The notes under the pieces were generated by a model. That model was not told where the DNA came from and ran no database searches. It worked only from the letters and a program-made list of their open reading frames with translations. A DNA stretch of 64,000 bases. It comes from Lama guanicoe. Lineage: Eukaryota. Shown piece by piece: positions 26,101-38,100 of the stretch. The position numbers were made by a program, and so were the translations under genes. How positions within the stretch are numbered: the stretch's first letter is position 1; each line of letters opens with the position of its first letter. The stretch spans positions 678,018 to 742,017 of the forward strand of contig MU057069.1 in NCBI GenBank assembly GCA_013239625.1. The letters run 5' to 3'.

Positions 26101-29100
26101 TTACCAAATATATCTCTCCAGATGCTGCTAAGCCAATACCCATTACAGAAGCAATGAGAAACGACATCATAGGTAAGCAGTGCTTGAAGTGACGCCCCAC
26201 AATGCCTGGTTTTGGTAATTGATTCAGAGAGTTTTTCATGAACGTGAAATTCAGCAAGTCCCTTGGTCGTCTGTTTTCAGGGTACTTTAGTACGTCTGAT
26301 TGTAGCTCACTCAAAAAGTTTCTCTCTTACTTGTTGGGCCCAGATTAGTAGATTCTGAGTTGAATTAACAGCAGCAAGACCACCAGTAGTGCGCGTTTAC
26401 TGAGCACTCACTGTGTCCCGGACAGCATTCTAAGCACTTTCCAAGGGTAACCTCGTTTATTCTTCTAAAGAACCTTGTGGCATAAACACAGTTGTTACTC
26501 TGTACGCGAGGAAGCACAGAGAAGGTAAGTAGTGTGCCCAGGGTCACGGCTCAGACCTGACAGCATCAGGATTTGAAACCAGACCCTCACGTGTTAACTA
26601 GTATGCTGTTGGCAGTGTTTTTCAAACTGTGGGTTAGGACCGGTCTCCCCTTATGTCCTTACCCCCCTGCCGAAAAAAGACTCAACTAGAAAGATCAAAG
26701 CGCTTCATAGTAGCCAGGGCAGACAAACACCATTTCAGAAGACTGTTTCCATCATATGTGCACGTGTATGTGTACACTGAGTCACGTAAATACAGTTTTC
26801 TGTAGGTCGTAATGGAAGAATGAAAGCTTTTACTGTGTTGTTTCAGAAAGACCTCAGAGGCACCTGAAATCACAGATAGAAGTGGTTCATTGATTCAGTA
26901 AGCAAATATTTGTTATAGTCCCATCAAGTCCTGCTCCTAAGTTTTGAATTTTTATTACAAAAATTAGTATTTTCAATCTGTGAGCTGAAGCCCCTTGCCC
27001 TGCTCCCGGCAGCCTCTCGCCAGCCGGGGTGCTCTGGGCCTCCACTCCTCGGCGGGGCTGCAGCCCCGGGCCCCACCGTGCGCTCGCACCTGCCCACCGT
27101 GCCACCTGGCCCGCCAGGAGAGCACCCCACTGGTTTCCTTTCTTCTCCCACGTGCTCGAACGCCTGTAACTCGTGGGTCTCGTGACTGTTGGTGGCTTGT
27201 CCCCACCTCCTGGCCGTTTGGAGTTTCCACCAGGTTTTGTCGCAGATGTTGTCGTGGGATTTGGGTTTTCTGTGTCGTCCCTCTGTTTGTGAGTGTTTGT
27301 CGCTGCCACCTCCTAGACTTCCCTGGGCTGTTCTAGTCGTGACTGTTAGGAGTCTGAACAGAGTAGCGCGTAGCTCTGGGAGGGATTGGTTGGTGTGGAA
27401 GTGAGTGGTGTGAGAGGAAAAAAGGAATCCAGCATGACTTCATTTTTTAAAACCTGAATACCCGGGAGAGAGGAGTTGCTGTTTGTAAGATGAAGATGTG
27501 GTGACGGGGAAGTCAGGGGTGTGGGTTTCAGATGTCCGGGTGGGGAGTGTCAGGCGGGCAGCGGGACCTTAGGTTAGGAGCTCGAGAGAGAGATGCAGGC
27601 TGGAGGTGTCTGCTTGGAAGTCATTGGCACATGGGTGGGTTAGAGCCGTGGAGCCCAGTATGGTCACTGAGAGCACGAGAGGCTGGAGCACTGAGGCCTG
27701 GGGTGGGCCCAGCACCTGGAAGCCTGGCAGGTGAGGAGGAGCCAGCGAAGGAGTCAGGGAAGACGCTGCCGGTAGTGTCGGCCCCCCGCATCAACTGTGT
27801 GTCGAGAGCACAGTCTTTACTGGAGGCCAAGTGAAAAAGTGTTTCTGGAAGGAAGGGAGGGGCCAGAGGCGTTAAGTCGGGCTGACAGGGTGAGTAAGAT
27901 GAACACCAGGAATAGAATGGATTTTACAGCCCAGCGGGCAGCTGGGCCACTGGTCCTCTTAATTTCGGTGGACCGTTAGGGACAAAAACTTAACTAGGGG
28001 AGCCTTAAGAGCAGAGAGGAGGAGGAGTGGGAACAGCAGGTATGAGGCATTTTGCTCGAGGGTGAGCTGCAAGGGGGTGTTAAGTCAAGGGACAGTGGTT
28101 TGGGGTTTGTTTTTAAGGTGTGGAGGGAGCCTCTGGGGTGTGTTGCCTGTGCGCATGTGTACAATGTACCAACAGCTGTGGGAGTGAGGCAGTAGCGAAG
28201 GGGGCGTTGATGCGGGAGGGAGGGGACAGCAGCTGGAGGAGAGAAGTCCTCAGGAGGCAGAAGAGGGTAGGACTCAGTGCTCGAGTGAGAGTGGTCTGGT
28301 GGGAGCGAGGGCAGTTCGTCTGTAGGAACAGGAGAGACTGAGAGGTGGTGGCTCGTGGGAGCCGGTGGTGTGGCAGGTGATGGCGACGGTGCTCTGATTG
28401 CTTCTGTTCCCTGAATGCAGTAGGAAGCAGAGTGGGCAGCAGAGAGCACAGGAGGCGAGACATAAGGCGTTTCCGGAGGGCAGGGTGCACTGTGTGTTGC
28501 CTGGGAGAGCACGGGCTTGGGTGGCCCGGAAGCTCTCCGCCACCCCGGCTTTCGTTCAGAGCCCACTGAGGCCGTGAACTGTGACCCCAGCCGTCGTGGC
28601 GGGGCTTTCTAGCCTTGCGCACGGGCTGGGGAAGCGGCTCATTGGTTCATCACAGTTTATTTAGGCCACTCCTAATTTTAGCCCATTTTATGTTTTAAAA
28701 TTTGTGCCGAATGACATCTTGATAAACTTTATCTTACAGATAGCTCTTTTCACAAATCTGTAATTTCTTGGGTTATAATCCTAGAAATAGAACTGCTTGT
28801 TGGAGGGGTATATACATTTTTAAAGCTGATGCTAGGAACTTCCAGACTGCCCTCCAGAGATAGACCAGTCTGTATTCCCACTAACGGTCAGCTGTCCCAC
28901 GCCCCTGCCCAAGTTTGCGTGCCATTACACGGTCAAGCATAGGGTTTGCTGAAACAGCTGTGTGCCGACTGACTAGACGGAGGGCGGCATCCTCCTTGTT
29001 CTGATCCGCAGTTATATTTCTGTGCTCACTAGAGAGCACGTGTGTCTTTTCATGTTGGCCATTTTATATTTGTTCTTTAGTCAGTTTTCTTTCTCTGTCC

Positions 29101-32100
29101 TTCATTCATTTTTCTTTTGGGACTTTCTTTTTAGTTTGTAAGAGCTCTTGATACGTGAGTGAAAATAATGTGTCGTTCACAGAGTAAACTGTCATATATA
29201 CTGCAAATTTTTTTACCCAGTTTGCCCTTTTATTTGGTTACGGGGGTGTTATAAGGTATAAAAATCTTACATTGTTGAATCTTTTGATTTCCACTTTTGC
29301 GTGTATGCTTCAAAAGACCTTCTTTACCTCAAGATCAGCTGTTCACTGGTGTTTTCATTTCATTTAAAAATCTTCTAATTTATATGCATTTACATTTATT
29401 TCCTAGTTTGATTTACAAATATGTGTAGTTTGGACTTAGAAAAAAACTTAAGTATCCACCATTTCTTTTGCAGCAAAGATCTGTGGAGAAGATGGGCAGG
29501 TGGATCCCAACTGTTTTGTTTTGGCGCAGTCCATCGTCTTCAGTGCGATGGAGCAAGAGTAAGTCAGCCTCATCCTTGCGCATTTCTCGTCCTTGGGAAT
29601 TTGGGTTCAGTCTTAAGAATAGAACTAAAAACAAACTACCTTTGAGGATTTAAGTACTTTGAATGTTTACAGGGTCTTATAGGCATACTCTGTGACTACC
29701 TTGGTTAATGGTTTCTTTTAAATATAAATAATGTGAATTCTATTAAAAATAAAACAGATTTTTATTTTTACTGCTGATATTTCCTAATTTAAAGAATTTA
29801 ATTCTGAAGTCACCTGCGGATGACTGTGATTGGTGTGATGCGTGATTGGTTTATCTGTGTAAACAGTGCGTGTCTTCAGATGGGCACCCTCGCTTGTTAG
29901 TGCATGCTTGAAGCTTAATGGATGCTGTGTCACTGAATTCACATAGATTTGTTGAAACTGCCTCCAGAGTTTTGTTAGATCAATTCTTGCTGCATGCCCT
30001 CTAAAAAAATCTACGTATTCATTCTTTCACGTAACATTTATGAAAAGGGTGCTGTGCACAGTCGGATGTAGGACCTGCTTTGAGGAAAATTACAGCCTAA
30101 AAAGAGCAATAGGCCATGTTCTTTAGTTGCTGTAATAAAAGGTAGCATGTGGCAGGTATCAGGGGAGAGCTACCGCCCAGTGCGAGGTGGGGAGACCTTT
30201 TACAGCTGGAGGAAGCAGAACGCACCGCGAGAAGAGGGGGAGCGCTGGCCTGGGCTGATGAGCTGCAGGGGCGCAGGGTGGAAAGACTGTATCACCCCGG
30301 TTGAGCTCTTTGCTTGGTCGATCCCTCACGTTTTACCTTTTTGTCCATGTGTAGGCACTTTAGTGAATTTCTCCGAAGTCACCATTTCTGTAAATACCAG
30401 ATTGAAGTGCTGACCAGTGGAGCTGTTTACCTGGCTGATATCCTCTTCTGTGAGTCAGCCCTCTTTTATTTCTCTGAGGTAAAGTCTGCATTTCCTTTTG
30501 CACTCCGTTAGGGCATTCCGGCCTCTAGACCCTAACTGCTCGGCCCCTGGCTGTGGAAGATAGCACACATATCATTTCCAAAAACATCAGTTGGATTTAA
30601 GTACTTTTATTACTGTTCTGCGTTGCGTATAATGGCAAGAGTACTCAATGGCATATTAGATTAAAGAGAACATGAAAATTCGGTGTGCAACAACTAATTT
30701 TGAAAAACCTAATTAAAGTTCTTCTTATAAAAAATGCAGGTATTTAGTTATTTACAACTGTTTTAAAACTGCAGATTTGGTACTTGACTCCAGTGCATAA
30801 ATGTTTGTGACCAGACTTCAGAAGAGAGAGGGGAAGCAGGGAGTTTTCCCTGCTGTCATCAGTCTCCTTGAGCTGCTCGGCAGGGCCGCCCAGCGAGGCT
30901 TCCGGCTCTGCAGCTGTTAGGCCGCAGCAAATCGCTTCATTGCAAAGCAAGTGCCTCTTAAGCAGCGAGGATTCCAGGTCTCACAGGCAGCAACTTAGCC
31001 TCACGCTTGCATCCTGCCTCTTCACAGAAACAGTTACTCAGTGGATTTATTTTTTCACTCCCTCTTTTTGCCATAAATTTAAGTCAGCATTTGTTCTGGT
31101 TAATACGGCTGTGTGGAATGGTGGAAATGACCAAGTATAAAAGATTTGGTCCGAAAAAGAAGAGCAAAAACACCCAAAAGTCAGCAGAAGGAAGGAAATA
31201 ATAAAGATCAGGGAGGAAATAAATATAACAGAGATTTTAAAAAAAACAGAAAAAAATCAATTAAACCAAAAGCTGTTTTTTTGAAAAAGTAAATAAAATC
31301 AACAAACCTCTGGCCAAACTCAAAAAGAAGAAGAAAGCACAAATAAGCAAAATAAGAAAGGAAAATGGAGAAATTACAACAAATAACATAGATATACAGA
31401 ATATCATACAAGAATATTATGAAAAACTGTATGGAACCAAAATGGATAACCTAGAGGAGATGGACAAGTTTCTGGAAACATACAGTCCACCAAGAATGAA
31501 CCGAGAAGAATCTGAACACTTGAACAAACCGATCACTAGAAATGAAATCAAATTAGCAATAAAAAACCTCCCTACAAATAAATGTCCAGGACTGGNNNNN
31601 NNNNNNNNNNNNNNNNNNNNNNNNNNNNNNNNNNNNNNNNNNNNNNNNNNNNNNNNNNNNNNNNNNNNNNNNNNNNNNNNNNNNNNNNNNNNNNNNNNNN
31701 NNNNNNNNNNNNNNNNNNNNNNNNNNNNNNNNNNNNNNNNNNNNNNNNNNNNNNNNNNNNNNNNNNNNNNNNNNNNNNNNNNNNNNNNNNNNNNNNNNNN
31801 NNNNNNNNNNNNNNNNNCACATAAAAAGGATTATACATCATGATCAAGTTGGGTTCATCCCAGGGACACAAGAGTGGTTCAACATATGCAAATCAATCCG
31901 TTTAACACATCACATCAACAGGAGAAAGGACAAAAACCACATGATCATCTCAATAGATGCAGAAAAAGCATTTGATAAAATTCAACACCCATTTATGATA
32001 AAGACTCTTGCCAAAGTGGGTAAAGTGGGAACATATCTCAACATAATAAAAGCTCTATGTGACAAACCTACAGCCAGCATAGTACTCAACAGTGAAAAAC

Positions 32101-35100
32101 TCAAAAGCTTCCCACCAGAATTTGGGACAAGACAAGGCTGCCCACCATCACCACTCCTATTCAACATAGTCCTGGAAGTCCTAACCACAGCAATCAGGCA
32201 AGAGAGAGAAATAAAAGGGATCCAAATTGGAAAAGAAGAGGTGAAAGTGTCACTATATGCAGGTGACATGATACTATATATAGAAAACCCTGAAAGGTCC
32301 ACACAAAAACTAGTAGAAATAATCGAAGAACTCAGCAAGGTAGCAGGTTACAAGATTAACGTTCAAAAATCAGTTGCATTTCTTTACACTAATGATGAAT
32401 CAACAGAAAAAGAAAGTGAAGAAACAATCCCCTTTAAAATAGCACCCAAAGTAATAAAATACCTAGGAATAAATCTAACCAAGGAGGTGAAAGACTTATA
32501 CATGGAAAACTATAAAACACTGATTAAGGAAATTAAAGAAGACTTAAAAAAATGGAAAGATATCCCATGCTCCTGGATTGGAAGAATCAATATTGTTAAA
32601 ATGGTCACACTGCCCAAGCAAATCTACAGATTTAATGCAGTCCCTATCAAATTACCCAGGACATATTTCACAGAACTAGAACAAATCATAATAGAATTTA
32701 TATGGAACCATCAAAGACCTAGAATTGCCAAAGCATTACTGAAGAAGAAGAAAGAGGCTGGAGGAATAACTCTCCCAGGCTTCAGACAATACTACAGAGC
32801 TACAGTAATCAAAACAGCATGGTATTGGTACAAAAACAGACATATAGACCAATGGAACAGAATAACCCAGAAATGAACCCACAAACTTTTGGTCAACTAA
32901 TCTTCGACAAAGGAGGCAAGAATATATAATGGAATAAAGACAGTCTCTTCAGCAAATGGTGTTGGGAAAACTGGACAGCAGCATGTAAATCAATGATGCT
33001 AGAACACTCACTCATACCACACACAAAAAATAACTCAAAATGGATCAAAGGCTTAAACATAAGACAAGATACAATAAACCTCCTAGAAGAAAACATAGGC
33101 AAAACATTATCTGAAATACATCTCAAAAATTGTCTCCTAGGGCAGTCTACCCAAGCAATAGAAATAAAAGCAAGAATAAACAAATGGGACCTAATGAAAC
33201 TTACAAGCTTCTGCACAGCAAAGGAAACCATAAGTAAAACAAAACAACAACCTGCAGAAAGGGAGAAAATTTTTGCAAATGAAACCGACAAAGGCTTGAT
33301 CTCCAGAATATATGAGCAGCTCATACGACTTAATAAAAAAAACAAACAGCTCAATCCAAAAATGGGCAGAAGACCTAAACAAGCAATTCTCCAGTGAAGA
33401 CATACAGATGATCAACAGGCACATGAAAAAGTGCTCAATATCACTAATTATCAGAGAAATGCAAATCAAAACTACAGTGAGGTGTCACCTCACACTGGTC
33501 AGAATGGCCATCATTCAAAAGNNNNNNNNNNNNNNNNNNNNNNNNNNNNNNNNNNNNNNNNNNNNNNNNNNNNNNNNNNNNNNNNNNNNNNNNNNNNNNN
33601 NNNNNNNNNNNNNNNNNNNNNNNNNNNNNNNNNNNNNNNNNNNNNNNNNNNNNNNNNNNNNNNNNNNNNNNNNNNNNNNNNNNCATATATCCAGAAGGAA
33701 CCCTACTTCAAANNNNNNNNNNNNNNNNNNNNNNNNNNNNNNNNNNNNNNNNNNNNNNNNNNNNNNNNNNNNNNNNNNNNNNNNNNNNNNNNNNNNNNNN
33801 NNNNNNNNNNNNNNNNNNNNNNNNNNNNNNNNNNNNNNNNNNNNNNNNNNNNNNNNNNNNNNNNNNCCATTTGTAGCAAATTGGATGTTCCTGGAGAATG
33901 TCATTCTAAGTGAAGGAAGCCAGAAAGAGAAAGAAAAATACTATATGAGATCGCTTATATGTGGAATCTAAAAAAAAAGGGAGGGAACATAAATACAAAA
34001 CAGAAACAGACTCATAGACGTAGAATACAAACTTGTGGTTGCCAGGGGTGGGGGCAGGGAAGGGATAGACTGGGAGTTCAAAATTTGTAGATACTGACAG
34101 GCATATGTATAATAGATAAACAAGGTTATACTGTATAGCACAGGGAAATATATACAAAATCTTGTGGTAGCTCATAGCGAAAAAAATGTGACAATATATG
34201 TATGTTCATGTGTAACTGAAAAATTGTGCTCTACACTGGAATTTGACACAACATTGTAAAATGACTATAACTCAATAAAAAAAATGTTTGAAAAAAAGAT
34301 TTGATCTGGTTAGTTTACTATTTGAATGTTTGCCAGTGAGGAGCCACTAATCCATCTTTACTGTCATTTTTATTCTGGTTCACTAAAGTTTGCATTCAGC
34401 TGCATGGTGGTTGGGTTTTTTGTTGTTTTTAGGTTTTTGTTTTGTTTTGTTTTGTTTTTTCTCCTAAAAGAATATTTTTAAACTTCTCGATCTCAAATGA
34501 CTGTAAGTTGCTGGCTGACATTAACTAAACATGTAGATCTGTTTGGAGGGGGGTGGGAAAGGTTGGTTTTTTGTTTAGTGTTTGTTTTTTCCTTTGTGTC
34601 TTGTATATTAATAGTTGGAACTTACATATGGATTGTAGTTGGTGAGAGAAATCTGCTTATAGTCTTACTTTCTTCTTCTGTATTTTTTCTTCCCAGTACA
34701 TGGAAAAAGAGGATGCAGTGAATATCTTACAGTTCTGGTTGGCAGCTGATAACTTCCAGTCTCAGCTTGCTGCCAAAAAGGGCCAGTATGATGGACAGGA
34801 AGCACAGAATGATGCCATGATTTTATACGACAAGTGAGTTTGATTGATAGGTGCATTCAGCATTTCGCAGATACTTACTGAGTATTTGGTGTCTTCTTTG
34901 GAAATAAAGAATAAACTCAGTCTCTGCTGTCAAGGAGCTCACAGGGAGCCACGTACAAGCTGCTTTTCATTGGGGTGTGCACAGTGTGGGGGTCCTTAGA
35001 GTAAAAGTTGTTGATGGGGAAAGGGGAGGTGTGTGTGTGGCAAGTGGGATGGTGGCGGTGAGTTCATTGAGGGTTTCACAGAAGGAGGATTTGGATTGGA

Positions 35101-38100
35101 TTCTGCTGGCCAGAGAAGGTGGGAAAGGACATTCTTGGCAGAGGCACCAGCACAAGCAGAGCCATAGGAACCTGGGGAGCATGTCACTAAAGACACTTGG
35201 CTCTGGGTAACTGACACCTGAGCAGGGTGTGTAAGCGGAGGAGGAACTCGCTGGACTGGACTGCAGAGGGCCTTAAATACCTGTGCGGTGGTGACCATGT
35301 CTTCTGGTGCAGAGCTGCTCAGCCAGACTGACGACTCAGAGGGGGATAGTCTTTCAGTAGTTTTCAGTGAAAATAAGAGGGCAGCAAAATCTTACAGTGA
35401 GCAGAACGGAAAACTCTATCCCTCTTTTTTTTCTTTTTTCTTTTTTTTTTTTATTTTCTTTGTTCTGTAAAGAAAAGTAATATGTCTCTGTGTCCATAAG
35501 CAAGTGGTAAGAGGAGGACTGGAGGATGGAGAAGAGTCCGGGCCAGGGGTCCTGGCCGCTGCTGCGCAGGCTCGCGCTGGGCTGTGAGAAGGAGAAGCGC
35601 CCAGGAGCTCCTCGGTCCTCCTCTCAGAGAGTCTGACTCAGCCGGTTGGAGGTGTGACCCAGGAGCCTTTAGTTTTAGAAGACACCCAGGTGATTCCGAT
35701 AAATAGCCAGATTAGGGATCTAGTCTGATTTTTCCCATTCTGCAGATAAGAAAACTGAGGCTCAGAGGGTAGTGCCTTTCTCAAAGTCACAGGGTGAATT
35801 AGTGGCAGAACTTGGACTGGGTTGCAGCTTTTAATGTTTGTCCACTGTTTACTCTAGTATAATGTATTTGTGGGGAAGTGTTACATAGGAAACGTTGTTA
35901 TATGTATGTTAATGTAGCAAGCATTTACATTTAGATATTTGGTCTGGAGTGCTCCAAAATTTAAATCATAGAGGAATATTTGCCAACTTATTTGTTGCAA
36001 GATGGGAGACTCACTTTTTGTTAAGAAAATGCTGGTAACAAGAAAAAAGAAAGTTTTTTCCTGCTGGAACTGAAGAGTGGATCTAAGGATGGTGGCGGGT
36101 TGACTCAGGTACCTCGGGGGCAGCGGGAATAAAGGTTGCGGCAGGGCTGTCAGCAGCCCCTCTCTGTGTCCTGCGTCTGCGGGCTGAATCAAGTAGCCCC
36201 ACAGAAGATTCTCTGGTGTAGGGGCCAGAAGTTGCTAATAATTGTGTGGCATTCGGTTTCACTTTGGCTGTCTTTCTTCCATAGGTACTTCTCCCTCCAA
36301 GCCACACATCCTCTTGGATTCGATGACGTTGTGCGATTAGAAATTGAATCCAATATCTGCAGGGAAGGTGGGCCCCTGCCCAACTGTTTCACCACTCCGT
36401 TACGTCAGGCCTGGACGACCATGGAGAAGGTAACCAGACTTCAAAGGCATTGAACTACGAGAAGTTTTTACCGCTGGAACCCAAAATACTATGTGGGGAA
36501 AACCAGTTGTAACAGAACGGTGGAAGGTGGAAGCCGCGCGGCAGTGGTGGGGCGCAGAGGCGTCGCTGGGTCTCACGTGGTGCGCGTTCGTCTTCACAGA
36601 CTGACTGGCCTCGGGCAGCTCCTCACGTTCTCTACCTTTGCTCATCTGTGAAATGGACTAATACAGATACTTACCTCAGTGTAGTTTGAGGGTAAAAATG
36701 AGGTAAGATGTATAGAGTGCGTGTTAGGGACACAGCATCCGACTCAGTAAGCATTAAAAGTGTGAAGTGCTCTCCTTACTGCCATTGTCACACCCGTGGG
36801 TCACTGCATAGTGTTCTGCAGCATTAGCCTGGAGACGATCCAAGTGTCTCGCCAAGACCCCTGTGGGGCTGGAGCGCTAGTTCTCAGCGTCGCGGTCGCT
36901 TACAGGGCCTCAGTAATAACTGCCTAATAACCAAGTGTTAGAAGTGGTGCGTGGATCAGTCTTCTAACGAACCAGAGCGGGCTTTACTCGGCATTGCAGG
37001 GCCCAGGATGAGCCATGAGTTTATTTGGCTTAAATGTTTCCTGGGCATCTAGGCAGAAAGGGATTACGAGACACCACATGTAGAAACTGGGTTTCAGGAA
37101 TATGGAAGAGTTACGCATAAAAAAAATCATTGAAGGGCTAGCGGTAAACTGGATGGACCATCAGCTATTGCCCAGGGTTGATCATTTTTTCATGATTGAA
37201 ATGAAAAGTTTCTGATCGTAAAGGAAAAGTTCAAGATCTGTATCATACAAAGAACATAAACTTTCTGGTTAATAAAGTTAAAATACAGAAAAACAAACTG
37301 TAAAATACTCCTTACTAACTGTGTATTTAAGGAACTTAAGCCAATTTTAAGAATACAGTCAAGGATGCTTCGTCCAGTAGCACTGAGCGTCTCTGTGCTG
37401 GACGCTGGTGGTGCAGCGGTGTGCAGGACGTGGTTCCTGCCCTCCTGGACCTCCGTCTGTGAGGAAGGCACATACTAAACACAGGCATACATATTTACAA
37501 TTGTGCCAAGTGTTGTGAAGGAAAAGTTGGTAATGGGAAATGCCAATAATAAACGTGGAAACTTAGCATCAATATAATTTTTAAATGCAGATAAAAACAT
37601 CATGTAGCATTAGACATTTCTTAAACAATGATTTAAAAAAAACAACGCAGTGTTGGAAAGCCTGATGTGTAGTGATACGTCTTCAACATCCTCCGCGTTA
37701 TCAGAGCTAAAACCTTCAGACCATTCCACTCAGTAATCACACCCCTGGTAATTCATCTTAAGGAAATCAGTTCAAAAGTCAAAATCAGTGGATATGCAAA
37801 AATATTTATAACAAACCAGAAAAATCTAGTTTCAAATTATATCCACTCCATGGACTGGTTTCTGGTCACTAAGAAGTCTTGATATCAAGTCCATTCAGTA
37901 GTTGCACGGCAAGTGTTTTGGGGGCAAAGTACCTGTAAATTGTAAGTTCTCATTATAGTTTGAATTAGAAAGTAAACTGTATACAAAGGGGTGATATTTG
38001 GAATGTAACAAGGAGAAGCAAAATCATGTGTGGTGACTGGTAGCATTGTAGGTAGAACTGTGTTTTGAAATAAAGTTGTGGTGTGTGTGATTCCACCATT

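Noticed and set aside
31941-33397. 311-aa reverse transcriptase ORF as a novel or domesticated RT
   Set aside because: Ordinary 5'-truncated L1 ORF2 with frameshifts and a mutated catalytic Asp.
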